Made by a program: the position numbers and the translations under genes. This document shows, piece after piece, positions 7,661 through 15,986 of a stretch of DNA of 64,000 nt; positions within the stretch are counted from its first letter, which is position 1, and every line of letters begins with the position of its first letter. Source of the DNA: an uncultured Clostridia bacterium (lineage in GTDB: Bacteria > Bacillota > Clostridia > Oscillospirales > Ruminococcaceae); the NCBI GenBank assembly GCA_947625915.1, contig CANQPX010000002.1, positions 40,303 to 104,302 of the forward strand, read 5' to 3'. Under the pieces are notes generated by a model, which was not told the origin of the DNA, did not search any database, and worked only from the letters and a program-made list of their open reading frames with translations.

Positions 7661-10333
7661 ATGCTGGAAATTCTGGAAAGACCTTATACTTCAAGCTCAA
7701 AAGGACTTTCCTCGGCTGACGCTGCGGAAAAGCTCATACAATACGGAGAAAATTCTCTTGCAAAGGAAAAGAAAGCAAGACCTCTGAAAATTTTTCTCGG
7801 TCAGTTCCGTGATGTAATGATAATGATACTTCTTGCTGCAACGGTCATATCCTTTTGCCTCGGAGAAGTATACGACGCGGTAACGATCGTAATTATCGTA
7901 CTGCTGAACGCTATACTCGGTTTTATTCAGGAATACCGCACCGAAAAAACTCTTATCGCTCTGCGGAACATGACCGCTCCTTCCGCAAAATGCTGGCGTG
8001 ACGGCGCGCTGACCACCGTTCCCGCAGCGGAACTTGTTCCGGGGGATATCATACGCCTTGAAGCAGGCGACAAAGTTCCCGCCGACTGTATCATCATTTC
8101 CTGCAAAGGACTTCTTGCGGAGGAAAGTATCCTCACAGGCGAATCTGCCGCCGTTCCCAAGACCGAAGGCGACCCTTCCGACACGGACAATTCAATCGGG
8201 AAAGCGGACGCGGTCTACAGCGGAACTGTCATCGTCAAAGGCTCTGCCGAAGCAAAAGTCATCGCTACCGGACTCAATGCGCAAATGGGCAGGATCTCGG
8301 GTATGCTTAACGATATCGATGACGAAATGACCCCTCTCCAGAAACGTCTTGCCGAACTCGGAAAGATAATTGCTCTTATATGTCTCGGAGTCTGCGTCAT
8401 AGTAAGCGGCGCGGGGATACTCCGCGGCGAGCCTGTTTTTGATATGCTCATGACAGGCATCACAATTGCTATAGCAGCGATACCGGAGGGGCTTCCCGCG
8501 ACCGTGACTATCGCACTTGCACTTGCAACGGGAAGAATGCTGAAAAAGAATGCTCTCGTACATAAACTCCATTCTGTGGAAACTTTAGGCTGCGCGTCAG
8601 TTATATGCACCGACAAGACAGGAACTGTAACCGAAAATAAAATGACCGTCACAAACGCTTTTTGCGGCGGAAAGGAATTTTCCTTTTCGGGTAACGGCTA
8701 CCGTATGGCAGGAGAGATAACTCTTGACGGCTCGAGAGTAAATCCCGCTTCCGAACCCGCGTTAAAGGAAATGCTCATCTGCGGGACGCTTTGTACCGGA
8801 TCGTCAATTTCCTCCGACAAAAAAATTACCGTCCGAGACAGAGGAAAACTCGATCTTAAAGGAGAATGGAAAGTTACAGGCGATCCTACCGAACTTGCTA
8901 TCCTCATTGCCGCCGCAAAAGGCGGCATAACTGCGGAAACTCTTTCCGCAGAGCATAAAAAGACCGATGAGATACCCTTTGACAGCAATTCCCGCTGCAT
9001 GACGGTGATATGTTCCGAAAACGGCGGCAGAACGGCTTACACAAAAGGCGCGCCCGATGTTGTGATAAAGCGCTGCGGTTTTTATATGACCGACAGCGGA
9101 GCAGTTCCCATGACCGCAAGAAAGCGGCGGGAAATTTACGATATCCACGAAAAAATGACGGAAAACGCTTTGCGCGTTCTTGCATTTTGCAAAAAAGACG
9201 TTTCGGGGAATTCCGATCCCGAAAGCGGAATGATATTTCTCGGCATAATGGGAATGTCCGATCCTCCCCGAGCCGAAGCAAAACAAGCCGTAAGACTTTG
9301 CCGCAGCGCACATATCCGCACCGTTATGATAACCGGCGATCATAAGAACACCGCTGCCGCCGTTGCCAAGCAGGCGGGGATAATGCGTGAAGGCGATCTT
9401 GTTTTCACAGGTACGGAACTTGACCGTATGTCCGATACGGAACTTGACGGTATCATCGGCAAAACGGCTGTTTTTGCAAGAGTAAGTCCCGCCGACAAGC
9501 TGCGCATAGTCCGTGCTTTCAAGCGCAAAGGCGAGATAGTTACAATGACCGGAGACGGCGTGAACGACGCTCCCGCGGTAAAAGAAGCGAGCATCGGCGT
9601 TGCAATGGGACTTACCGGAACGGACGTCACAAAGCAGGCTGCGGACGTTGTGCTGCTTGACGATAATTTTGCAACGCTTGTAGGCGCAGTCGAACAGGGG
9701 CGCGGCATTTATGCAAACATAAGAAAATTTGTCCGTTATCTTTTAAGCTGCAACATCGGCGAAGTCCTCACAATGTTCCTCGGGATAGTTTTAGGTATGC
9801 CCATGGCTCTGCTGCCGACACAGATACTTCTTGTCAACCTTGTAACGGACGGACTTCCCGCGATCGCTCTGGGGGTCGAACCGCCCGACCGTGAGAACAT
9901 GAAAAAGCCGCCGAGAAGATCCGATGAAAGTTTTTTCTCGGGCGGACTAATGCAGAAAATAATTATCCGCGGTATCCTCATAGGTATCTGCACCTTGGGA
10001 AGTTTTGCGGTCACGGAAATTCTCAGCGGAAGTATTGCCGCGGCACGCACGGCAGCGCTTTTCACCCTTGTGACGTCACAGCTTTTTCATGTTTTCGAGT
10101 GCAAATCCGAGACGAAAAACATTTTTACCGTTCCGTACATGAACAACAAGAAGCTCATCGGAGCGGTGCTGATATCTCTTGCGGCAGTTCTCGGAGCAAT
10201 ATATTTCCCGCCTTTGCAGGTGATATTCGGAACGGTCCCGCTTACGGGAAAGCAGCTTCTCACGGCGTTGGGCATGGCATTTTCCGCACCGCTTTTGCAG
10301 GCGCTTACGCCGACGAAAAGAGAAGAAAATTAA
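7661..10333 (+). CDS. cation-translocating P-type ATPase (Ca2+-ATPase type, YloB/SERCA-like)
   Basis: 890-aa ORF with TGES, the phosphorylation motif CTDKTGTVTENKM, TGDHKNTA, MTGDGVNDAP and about 10 TM segments. Confidence 0.9.
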   Translation: MLEILERPYTSSSKGLSSADAAEKLIQYGENSLAKEKKARPLKIFLGQFRDVMIMILLAATVISFCLGEVYDAVTIVIIVLLNAILGFIQEYRTEKTLIALRNMTAPSAKCWRDGALTTVPAAELVPGDIIRLEAGDKVPADCIIISCKGLLAEESILTGESAAVPKTEGDPSDTDNSIGKADAVYSGTVIVKGSAEAKVIATGLNAQMGRISGMLNDIDDEMTPLQKRLAELGKIIALICLGVCVIVSGAGILRGEPVFDMLMTGITIAIAAIPEGLPATVTIALALATGRMLKKNALVHKLHSVETLGCASVICTDKTGTVTENKMTVTNAFCGGKEFSFSGNGYRMAGEITLDGSRVNPASEPALKEMLICGTLCTGSSISSDKKITVRDRGKLDLKGEWKVTGDPTELAILIAAAKGGITAETLSAEHKKTDEIPFDSNSRCMTVICSENGGRTAYTKGAPDVVIKRCGFYMTDSGAVPMTARKRREIYDIHEKMTENALRVLAFCKKDVSGNSDPESGMIFLGIMGMSDPPRAEAKQAVRLCRSAHIRTVMITGDHKNTAAAVAKQAGIMREGDLVFTGTELDRMSDTELDGIIGKTAVFARVSPADKLRIVRAFKRKGEIVTMTGDGVNDAPAVKEASIGVAMGLTGTDVTKQAADVVLLDDNFATLVGAVEQGRGIYANIRKFVRYLLSCNIGEVLTMFLGIVLGMPMALLPTQILLVNLVTDGLPAIALGVEPPDRENMKKPPRRSDESFFSGGLMQKIIIRGILIGICTLGSFAVTEILSGSIAAARTAALFTLVTSQLFHVFECKSETKNIFTVPYMNNKKLIGAVLISLAAVLGAIYFPPLQVIFGTVPLTGKQLLTALGMAFSAPLLQALTPTKREEN

Positions 10334-10340
10334 CAAGCTG

Positions 10341-10678
10341 ACGAAAAATAAAAACAGGCGCGGACAAACTAAAAAACAAAAAACAAAACTTTGCCCGAAA
10401 AGCCGGTCCGGCGCAGCCGCGCTGGCGGTTTCCAAAGGCAGAGCCTTTGGTCGCCATCCGCAGATGGCGAAATCCCCTAATGCCTTTAGGAGCTCCGCAA
10501 GGGGTGAATTTACGCCGTAGGCGTAAAGAGGGGGCTGCCCTGCGATAGAGGGCGCCCCCTTGGCATTAAAGGCTATTATAATTTATGCCTTGCAAAACAG
10601 CCCGGTGAGCTGTTTTGCAATAAAGAGCAATTGGTTTTTCTAAAAAATAATTCGTTGTTTGACAAAAACTGTATTATT
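10341..10678 (+). repeat. multi-hairpin intergenic element, copy 1
   Basis: Begins AGGCGCGGACAAACTAAAAAAC 8 nt after the ATPase stop. Contains the conserved hairpin series and the block AATCCCCTAATGCCTTTAGGAGCTCCGCA. Ends with the hairpin TTGCAAAACAGC-CCGGTGA-GCTGTTTTGCAA and a T-rich tail. Strand is given for the GGCGCGGAC-first orientation. Confidence 0.85.
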
Positions 10679-10780
10679 TTTATAAATACTTTTTTTGGCA
10701 GTATGTTAAAAGATCCTCTCCCGGAATGTCCGAAAGGGGATCTTGTCATAAAAATTATATTTTGTTCCGCAATTTTTATA

Positions 10781-11659
10781 TCAGACTTTGCCGCCTTCTA
10801 CAACAAGATTTTCTTTGTCTACCGCGTCACCGTAAACAGATGCAAGAGTCTCATCATAGTCGTTGTGGAAGAAATTTTCGCCCGCAAGTGCCGTTATCTC
10901 ATCGTTTATCCATTTGAGAAGAGTTTCATTCCCCTTTGAAACGGCAGGAGCAATAGTATCAATGCTGCCCAGTGATTCTATTCCCACGGTAAATCCCGGG
11001 TTCTGCATAGCCCATGCAAGAACTTCCGTATTGTCTGTGGAGAACGCATCTCCGCGTCCGTCCTGAAGTGCGGAATATGCTTCGTTGTATTCGTCGAATT
11101 TTACAAGTTCAACATCGGGATAATTTTCCGTAAAGTATGTCTCCGCCGTTGTTCCCTTTACAACTATGAGCTTCTTGCCCGCAAGATCCGCTTCGGAAGT
11201 TATTACCGCGCTGTCGGGAGAAACAACTCCCAGCGCAACCTTCATATACGGAAGTGCAAAATCCACCTTTTCCGCGCGTTCGTCCGTTACCGTAAAGTTT
11301 GCAAGGATAATATCCACCTTTCCTGTTTCAAGGAATTCCACACGGCTCGCCGCCTCAACGGGGACAAGTTCCAGTTCCGTTCCCAGATCCTCTGCTATGC
11401 GCTTTGCAAAATAGATGTCATAACCCTGATATTCACCGTTGTTGTCAATGTAGCCGAAGGGGTTCTTGTCGGAAAAAACGCCTATTTTGACCGTTCCCGA
11501 TGATTTTATATCGTCAACTGTCCTATAGATCGCATTCCCGCTGCCCGAAGCTTCTCCGTCTGCGGAAGTATCGCCGCTTCCGTTCCCGCCGCAGGCTGAA
11601 AGGCTGAACGCCAGTGCCGCAGCGGCGATCGCAGAAATTATCTTTTTGATGTTTTTCAT
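10781..11659 (-). CDS. amino-acid ABC transporter substrate-binding lipoprotein
   Basis: 292-aa ORF. Lipoprotein signal (AFSLSACGG) and a family-3 solute-binding fold pattern. Adjacent to ABC permease and ATPase genes. Confidence 0.85.
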   Translation of the reverse strand: MKNIKKIISAIAAAALAFSLSACGGNGSGDTSADGEASGSGNAIYRTVDDIKSSGTVKIGVFSDKNPFGYIDNNGEYQGYDIYFAKRIAEDLGTELELVPVEAASRVEFLETGKVDIILANFTVTDERAEKVDFALPYMKVALGVVSPDSAVITSEADLAGKKLIVVKGTTAETYFTENYPDVELVKFDEYNEAYSALQDGRGDAFSTDNTEVLAWAMQNPGFTVGIESLGSIDTIAPAVSKGNETLLKWINDEITALAGENFFHNDYDETLASVYGDAVDKENLVVEGGKV

Positions 11660-11766
11660 AAAAATTTCTCCTTAAACATATTTTTCGGATAGTTCTTACA
11701 GCATATGAGCCGTTCCCGCGAAAGCAAAGGGAGCGCTTAGCTATAAAACCTATCTGATATATAGAT

Positions 11767-11795
11767 ATTATACTCCCCCGCTTTTACATTGTCAA
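11767..11795 (-). promoter_or_regulatory. consensus sigma-A promoter for the binding-protein gene
   Basis: Minus strand reads TTGACA (11795..11790), 17 nt, then TATAAT (11772..11767). Confidence 0.6.
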
Positions 11796-11916
11796 TAGAA
11801 ATTTCTTGATTTTTTATTTTCATAGGAATACTCAAAAACAATGCACATAAAGAGAGGAAAATTATTATTTTTGACGGAACGGCTTTTTGCGGAAAATCTG
11901 AACTCGTCTATAAAGC

Positions 11917-12190
11917 ATAATATAGTTCGTTGTCAAACAACTCACCGGGTTGTTTGACAAGGCTCAAATTATAATAACCGTTAATGCCAAGGGGAACGCT
12001 CTCTCTTGCAGAGCGTTCCCCTCTTTACGCCTGCGGCGTAAATTCACCCCCTGCGGAGCTCCTAAAGGCATTAGGGGCTTTCGCCATCTGCGGATGGCGA
12101 CAAGGGGTTTCACCCCTTGACCCCACCAGCGCGGCTGCGCCGGACCAGCTTTTCAATTTTGCGCTACGCACAAAATTGTTAAAAATAGAA
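11917..12190 (-). repeat. multi-hairpin intergenic element, copy 2 (variant ends)
   Basis: Reverse-complement orientation relative to copy 1. It shares hairpins P3-P8 and the AATCCCC...CCGCA block. The GGCGCGGAC end is replaced by the hairpin CAATTTTG.GCG/CGCAAAATTG, and the terminal hairpin uses the TTGTCAAACAAC arm. Confidence 0.8.
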
Positions 12191-12196
12191 AACCCG

Positions 12197-12943
12197 TTAT
12201 TTTGAATAAGAAAATGTACTGAGGAATTTTTTCGCGCGTTCCGTGTCGGCGTCGTGGAAAAATTTCTGCGGAGGATTTTCTTCTACTATGACTCCTCCGT
12301 CCATAAGTATAACTCTGTCCGCAACGGCTTCCGCAAATGCCATTTCATGCGTAACTATTATCATTGTCGAACCGTTTTTCGCGAGATCAAGCACAACGTT
12401 CAGCACCTCATGCACCATTTCCGGGTCAAGTGCAGCCGTTATCTCGTCCAGAAGCATTATATCCGGGTTCACTACCAGACTGCGGACGATCGCCGCTCTC
12501 TGCTGCTGTCCTCCCGAAAGCTGCGAAGGATAAGACTTTGCCTTATCGCCGAGACCGACTCTTTCCAGAAGTGCCATTGCTTCGGTCTTTACCTCATCTT
12601 TCGGACGTTTCTGCACTTTTAACGGCGCCAGCATAACATTATCAAGCACCGTCATATGCGGGAAAAGTCCGTAATCCTGAAACACCATGCCGATCTTCTG
12701 ACGTATCTTGTTAAGGCTCCTTTTCCCGTACTCCACCGGTTCTCCGTGCAGAAAGACCGAACCGCCCTGTATCGGTTCCAGACCGTTCAGACATCGGAGA
12801 AGCGTTGATTTTCCGCAGCCCGACGGTCCTATCAGAACTACCGTCTCGCCTTTTCTTACGGTCAGATCTATCCCGTTTATTATAACGTTTTCGCCGAAAA
12901 CTTTTTTAAGACCTTTTACTTCAATTACAATATCCTCGTTCAT
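12197..12943 (-). CDS. amino-acid ABC transporter ATP-binding protein
   Basis: 248-aa ORF with Walker A GPSGCGKST, signature LSGGQQQR and Walker B MLLDE. GlnQ/ArtP-like. Confidence 0.9.
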   Translation of the reverse strand: MNEDIVIEVKGLKKVFGENVIINGIDLTVRKGETVVLIGPSGCGKSTLLRCLNGLEPIQGGSVFLHGEPVEYGKRSLNKIRQKIGMVFQDYGLFPHMTVLDNVMLAPLKVQKRPKDEVKTEAMALLERVGLGDKAKSYPSQLSGGQQQRAAIVRSLVVNPDIMLLDEITAALDPEMVHEVLNVVLDLAKNGSTMIIVTHEMAFAEAVADRVILMDGGVIVEENPPQKFFHDADTERAKKFLSTFSYSK

Positions 12944-12971
12944 TTCGGGCGTTTCTCCTTCCTTAAAGGGA

Positions 12972-13640
12972 TCATCTGAATTTGTCGGAAAGCTTTTTCG
13001 AGAACACCGACAGCGGGAAACATATTATAAAGTACATAAAGAATATCGCCGCATATACCCACAATGCCGCATCGGGCGCGTCATAACGGTTAGCGTCTAT
13101 TATCTGTTTTCCGACTTTAAGTACTTCTGTAACTCCTATGAGCGACACAAGAGCGGTAGTTTTTATCATTCTTGTGGAAAGGTTTATTATGTTCGGCGTA
13201 AGTCTGCGTATAGTCTGCGGGATAATAACATATCCGTAAAGCTGCGCTTTTCCCAGACCAAGCGCAAGTCCCGACTCATACTGATGTTTAGGTATTGAAA
13301 TGAACGCTCCCCGCACCAGATCTCCCATTTCCGCCGTTCCCCATATCGTGAAAACGATCATTGCCGCCGCTTCGCCCGAAAGATTTATGCCCGTAGAACG
13401 TGTTATCCCGAAAAATACTATGAACAGCCACACGAGCTGCGGCATTATCCTTACCACTTCAAGATATATCTTGCATATTGCTCTTACGGCTCTGTTCCTC
13501 ACCGTCATTGCCGCACCGAGAAGCACGCCGAGCACGAGCGATATGCCTATAGATATCAGCGAGATCCGTATAGTTACCCAAAGCCCGCCAAGGAGCCGCA
13601 GGAAGTTGTTCCCGGCGAAAAGGACTTCATATCCCCGCAC
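12972..13640 (-). CDS. amino-acid ABC transporter permease
   Basis: 222-aa polytopic membrane ORF of the HisM/GlnP type, within the ABC operon. Confidence 0.85.
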   Translation of the reverse strand: MRGYEVLFAGNNFLRLLGGLWVTIRISLISIGISLVLGVLLGAAMTVRNRAVRAICKIYLEVVRIMPQLVWLFIVFFGITRSTGINLSGEAAAMIVFTIWGTAEMGDLVRGAFISIPKHQYESGLALGLGKAQLYGYVIIPQTIRRLTPNIINLSTRMIKTTALVSLIGVTEVLKVGKQIIDANRYDAPDAALWVYAAIFFMYFIICFPLSVFSKKLSDKFR

Positions 13641-14280
13641 GGTGCATCCTCCTCTCCAGCAAAGTAAATACTATCGAAACAGGAAGGATCATTATTAAAT
13701 AAGCTATAACGAGCATCGTCAGTGCTTCCGTGGTGCTGTAATACATTCCTATAAGGTCTTTTGCCGTGTACATCAGGTCTGCGAGCGACACCGCACTGAA
13801 TACACTTGTCTCTTTCAGCAGGAAAATAACGTTTGCGCATACTGCGGGCGCGGATACCGAAGCCGCCTGCGGGAAAACAACATTCGTCATCGTCTGCAAT
13901 TCATTGAGTCCGAGACTTGCGGCTGCTTCAAGGTGAGTTTTTTTCACCGAAACAAGTCCGCTCAGGAAGGATTCCGACATATATCCTCCCCCAAGGAATG
14001 CGAGCCCTACCGTTCCGCATACTTCGGGCGAAAGAACTATCCCCGCTTTCGGGAGCCCGAAAAACAGGAAAAACAGCTGCACTATCAGCGGAGTATTTCT
14101 CGAAAGTTCCGTATATGCCGCAGCAATGGCATTCAGTATCGGTATTTTATAATATCTGCATAACGCGCATAACATTCCTATAATTACCGAAAGAATTATC
14201 CCCATGCAGCCTATAGTCACCGTAAGCACTGCCGATTCTATGTACAGCGGGTAATATTTATTTATGAATGACCGGTCCAT
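13627..14280 (-). CDS. amino-acid ABC transporter permease
   Basis: 217-aa polytopic membrane ORF. Its end overlaps the next permease gene by 14 nt, consistent with an operon. Confidence 0.85.
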   Translation of the reverse strand: MDRSFINKYYPLYIESAVLTVTIGCMGIILSVIIGMLCALCRYYKIPILNAIAAAYTELSRNTPLIVQLFFLFFGLPKAGIVLSPEVCGTVGLAFLGGGYMSESFLSGLVSVKKTHLEAAASLGLNELQTMTNVVFPQAASVSAPAVCANVIFLLKETSVFSAVSLADLMYTAKDLIGMYYSTTEALTMLVIAYLIMILPVSIVFTLLERRMHRAGI

Positions 14281-14385
14281 AACGTCAAACGCAGTTCCTT
14301 TCGTAAAAATGTAAATGCTCTTTAATATATTTATTCATTCAGCCGTAAAACGGTGAAGATCTTTCCTTTTCAAGAACACTGAAAA

Positions 14386-14414
14386 ATTATATCACACCGG
14401 ACATACAATGTCAA
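14386..14414 (-). promoter_or_regulatory. consensus sigma-A promoter for the permease/ATPase operon
   Basis: Minus strand reads TTGACA (14414..14409), 17 nt, then TATAAT (14391..14386). Confidence 0.6.
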
Positions 14415-14445
14415 TACGTTTTTATTGAATATTTTGTAATAGCAT

Positions 14446-15300
14446 TTACCCGTTAACGCTCATTGAAGACACAGTTTGTGCTATAGAACCCGTAACTTGA
14501 GCATAATTCCCGTTTTCCGTCTGCCATATGTCGATATAACATTTTGCCGAACCGTCTGCGGGGATATATTCACTTGCCTTATCGGAAGGCGATCTTTTTC
14601 CGTACATATACCCGTTGATGTGAGTGCCGACAAGCACAGCGTTCTGCGGTATCCCTATATTTTTCAGCAAATAACAGTTGACAAAAACGTCCGAATATAT
14701 ATTCCCGAGCTCCGACGGAAAAGACACCGACTCAAGGCTTATACATTCCGAAAATGCACAGCCCCCGAGCATATCCACCTTTGCGTTCGGGTCGCTGAAA
14801 GTTACATTTCTTAACGACAGACAATTTGAAAACGCATAACTCCCTATCCCGCCCGATAATGACGGAAGTGAGACGTCTCCGCCGAAAGTCACGCTTTGCA
14901 GCGCCGTGCAGCCGTAGAACGCGCCTTCGCCTATGCCGCCTATGCTGCCGTTGAAAGTGACCTTTTTAAGATTGGGACAGAACGCAAACGCCTGTTCATC
15001 TACCCAGTACCAACATTCTTTCGGGAAAGTAACGCTTGTGATGCTTCTGTTCCCGTAAAAAGCCTGCTTTCCTATCCATACCGCTTCTTTCGGTATAACT
15101 ATATCGCCGCCTTTGCCCGTATAGCCCGAGACATACAGATCCCCGTCATTGTCCGTCTTTAATATGAAGCCTTCCTCCTCCGCATATACGGGAACGGTCC
15201 CGCCGTTACCCGTCGGGCAGAAAACACATACCGCCAGCGCGGCAAATGCAGCAAGAACAAAGCTTATCCACTTTTCTTTTTTCATCTTCATCACATCCAA
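14446..15300 (-). CDS. secreted leucine-rich-repeat (BspA-like) protein
   Basis: 284-aa ORF. Signal/TM segment, then repeated units with the pattern xAFxxCxxLxxVxF ('AFYGCTALQSVTF', 'AFSNCLSLRNVTF', 'AFSECISLESVSF'). Confidence 0.6.
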   Translation of the reverse strand: MDVMKMKKEKWISFVLAAFAALAVCVFCPTGNGGTVPVYAEEEGFILKTDNDGDLYVSGYTGKGGDIVIPKEAVWIGKQAFYGNRSITSVTFPKECWYWVDEQAFAFCPNLKKVTFNGSIGGIGEGAFYGCTALQSVTFGGDVSLPSLSGGIGSYAFSNCLSLRNVTFSDPNAKVDMLGGCAFSECISLESVSFPSELGNIYSDVFVNCYLLKNIGIPQNAVLVGTHINGYMYGKRSPSDKASEYIPADGSAKCYIDIWQTENGNYAQVTGSIAQTVSSMSVNG

Positions 15301-15348
15301 ACAAATATGTATAAAGGGACAGGAAAATAATACCCGTCCCCCAAAACA

Positions 15349-15957
15349 TTACTTTTTCAATCCTTCTGTAAGAGCCGCTTCAACTTTATCCGAATTGTTC
15401 CCCATTATAAAGTAAGCATACGAACCTTCCGTTCCGACTATTGAAGCGCCTGCGCGTTCCACATCATCCGGATAGAAAGCGTCCTGTTCCTTTGCTTTTT
15501 TCTGCCTTGCTTCAAGGTCAGCCTTTGCGGAAGAAACATCGTCCGCTTCTATGATAATGAGTTCGCTCATGTTTGCGCTCATAGGACACTGCATTACGAG
15601 CAGATCCTTATAATTTGCATTTTCCGTATCCAGCAGGAAGAAATCCGCAATATAATCCTTTTCCGAATTGCTTACCGCCATCATAGCGGGCCAGTCATTG
15701 CCGTCGATCGCGGCTTCCGCAGCAGCCTGCAAAGGACTTGCCGCTTCTTCACCTTCCGCAGCATTGGTATCTTCCGTATTGTCCGCGCTGTCGTCTGTTA
15801 CTGCCGGAACGTCCGAATCCGTCGTTGCAGCGGAAGTAGTTTCGGCAGCTGACGTTGTTTCCTCATTTGCGCTGTCATTTCCATTCCCGCAGGCTGCAAG
15901 AAGTGCCGCGCAGATCGTGATCGCCGCTGCAAGTGCGGCAGTTTTTCCGAATTTCAT
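15349..15957 (-). CDS. DUF4358-like lipoprotein
   Basis: 202-aa ORF with a lipobox (LLAACGNG) and a low-complexity T/A/E linker. It holds the usual position downstream of DHHW and MBOAT genes. Confidence 0.5.
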   Translation of the reverse strand: MKFGKTAALAAAITICAALLAACGNGNDSANEETTSAAETTSAATTDSDVPAVTDDSADNTEDTNAAEGEEAASPLQAAAEAAIDGNDWPAMMAVSNSEKDYIADFFLLDTENANYKDLLVMQCPMSANMSELIIIEADDVSSAKADLEARQKKAKEQDAFYPDDVERAGASIVGTEGSYAYFIMGNNSDKVEAALTEGLKK

Positions 15958-15986
15958 AATAAAACTTCCTTTCGATAATTTCCGAT

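Noticed and set aside
10076-10435. ORFs of 60-120 aa lie over the multi-hairpin repeats: 10076..10435(-), 11984..12205(+), 41966..42202(+), 47747..47998(-), 47767..48099(-), 47789..48070(+), 53421..53738(-), 53566..53754(+), 57065..57301(-), 57172..57375(-) and 57251..57487(+). Some share peptides such as MPRGTLSLAERSPL.
   Set aside because: The shared peptides only reflect repeated DNA. Indels inside hairpins shift the frame between copies, there are no RBSs, and the composition is Arg/Pro/Gly/Ala-rich as expected from translating GC-rich stems. These are not genes.
7927-10435. Many antisense or out-of-frame ORFs (up to 179 aa) inside the P-type ATPase gene, with similar shadow ORFs inside spoIIE, GH3, murA, glgB and others.
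   Set aside because: They fall entirely within long ORFs that have strong family signatures. They show the typical shadow-ORF composition and have no independent start signals.
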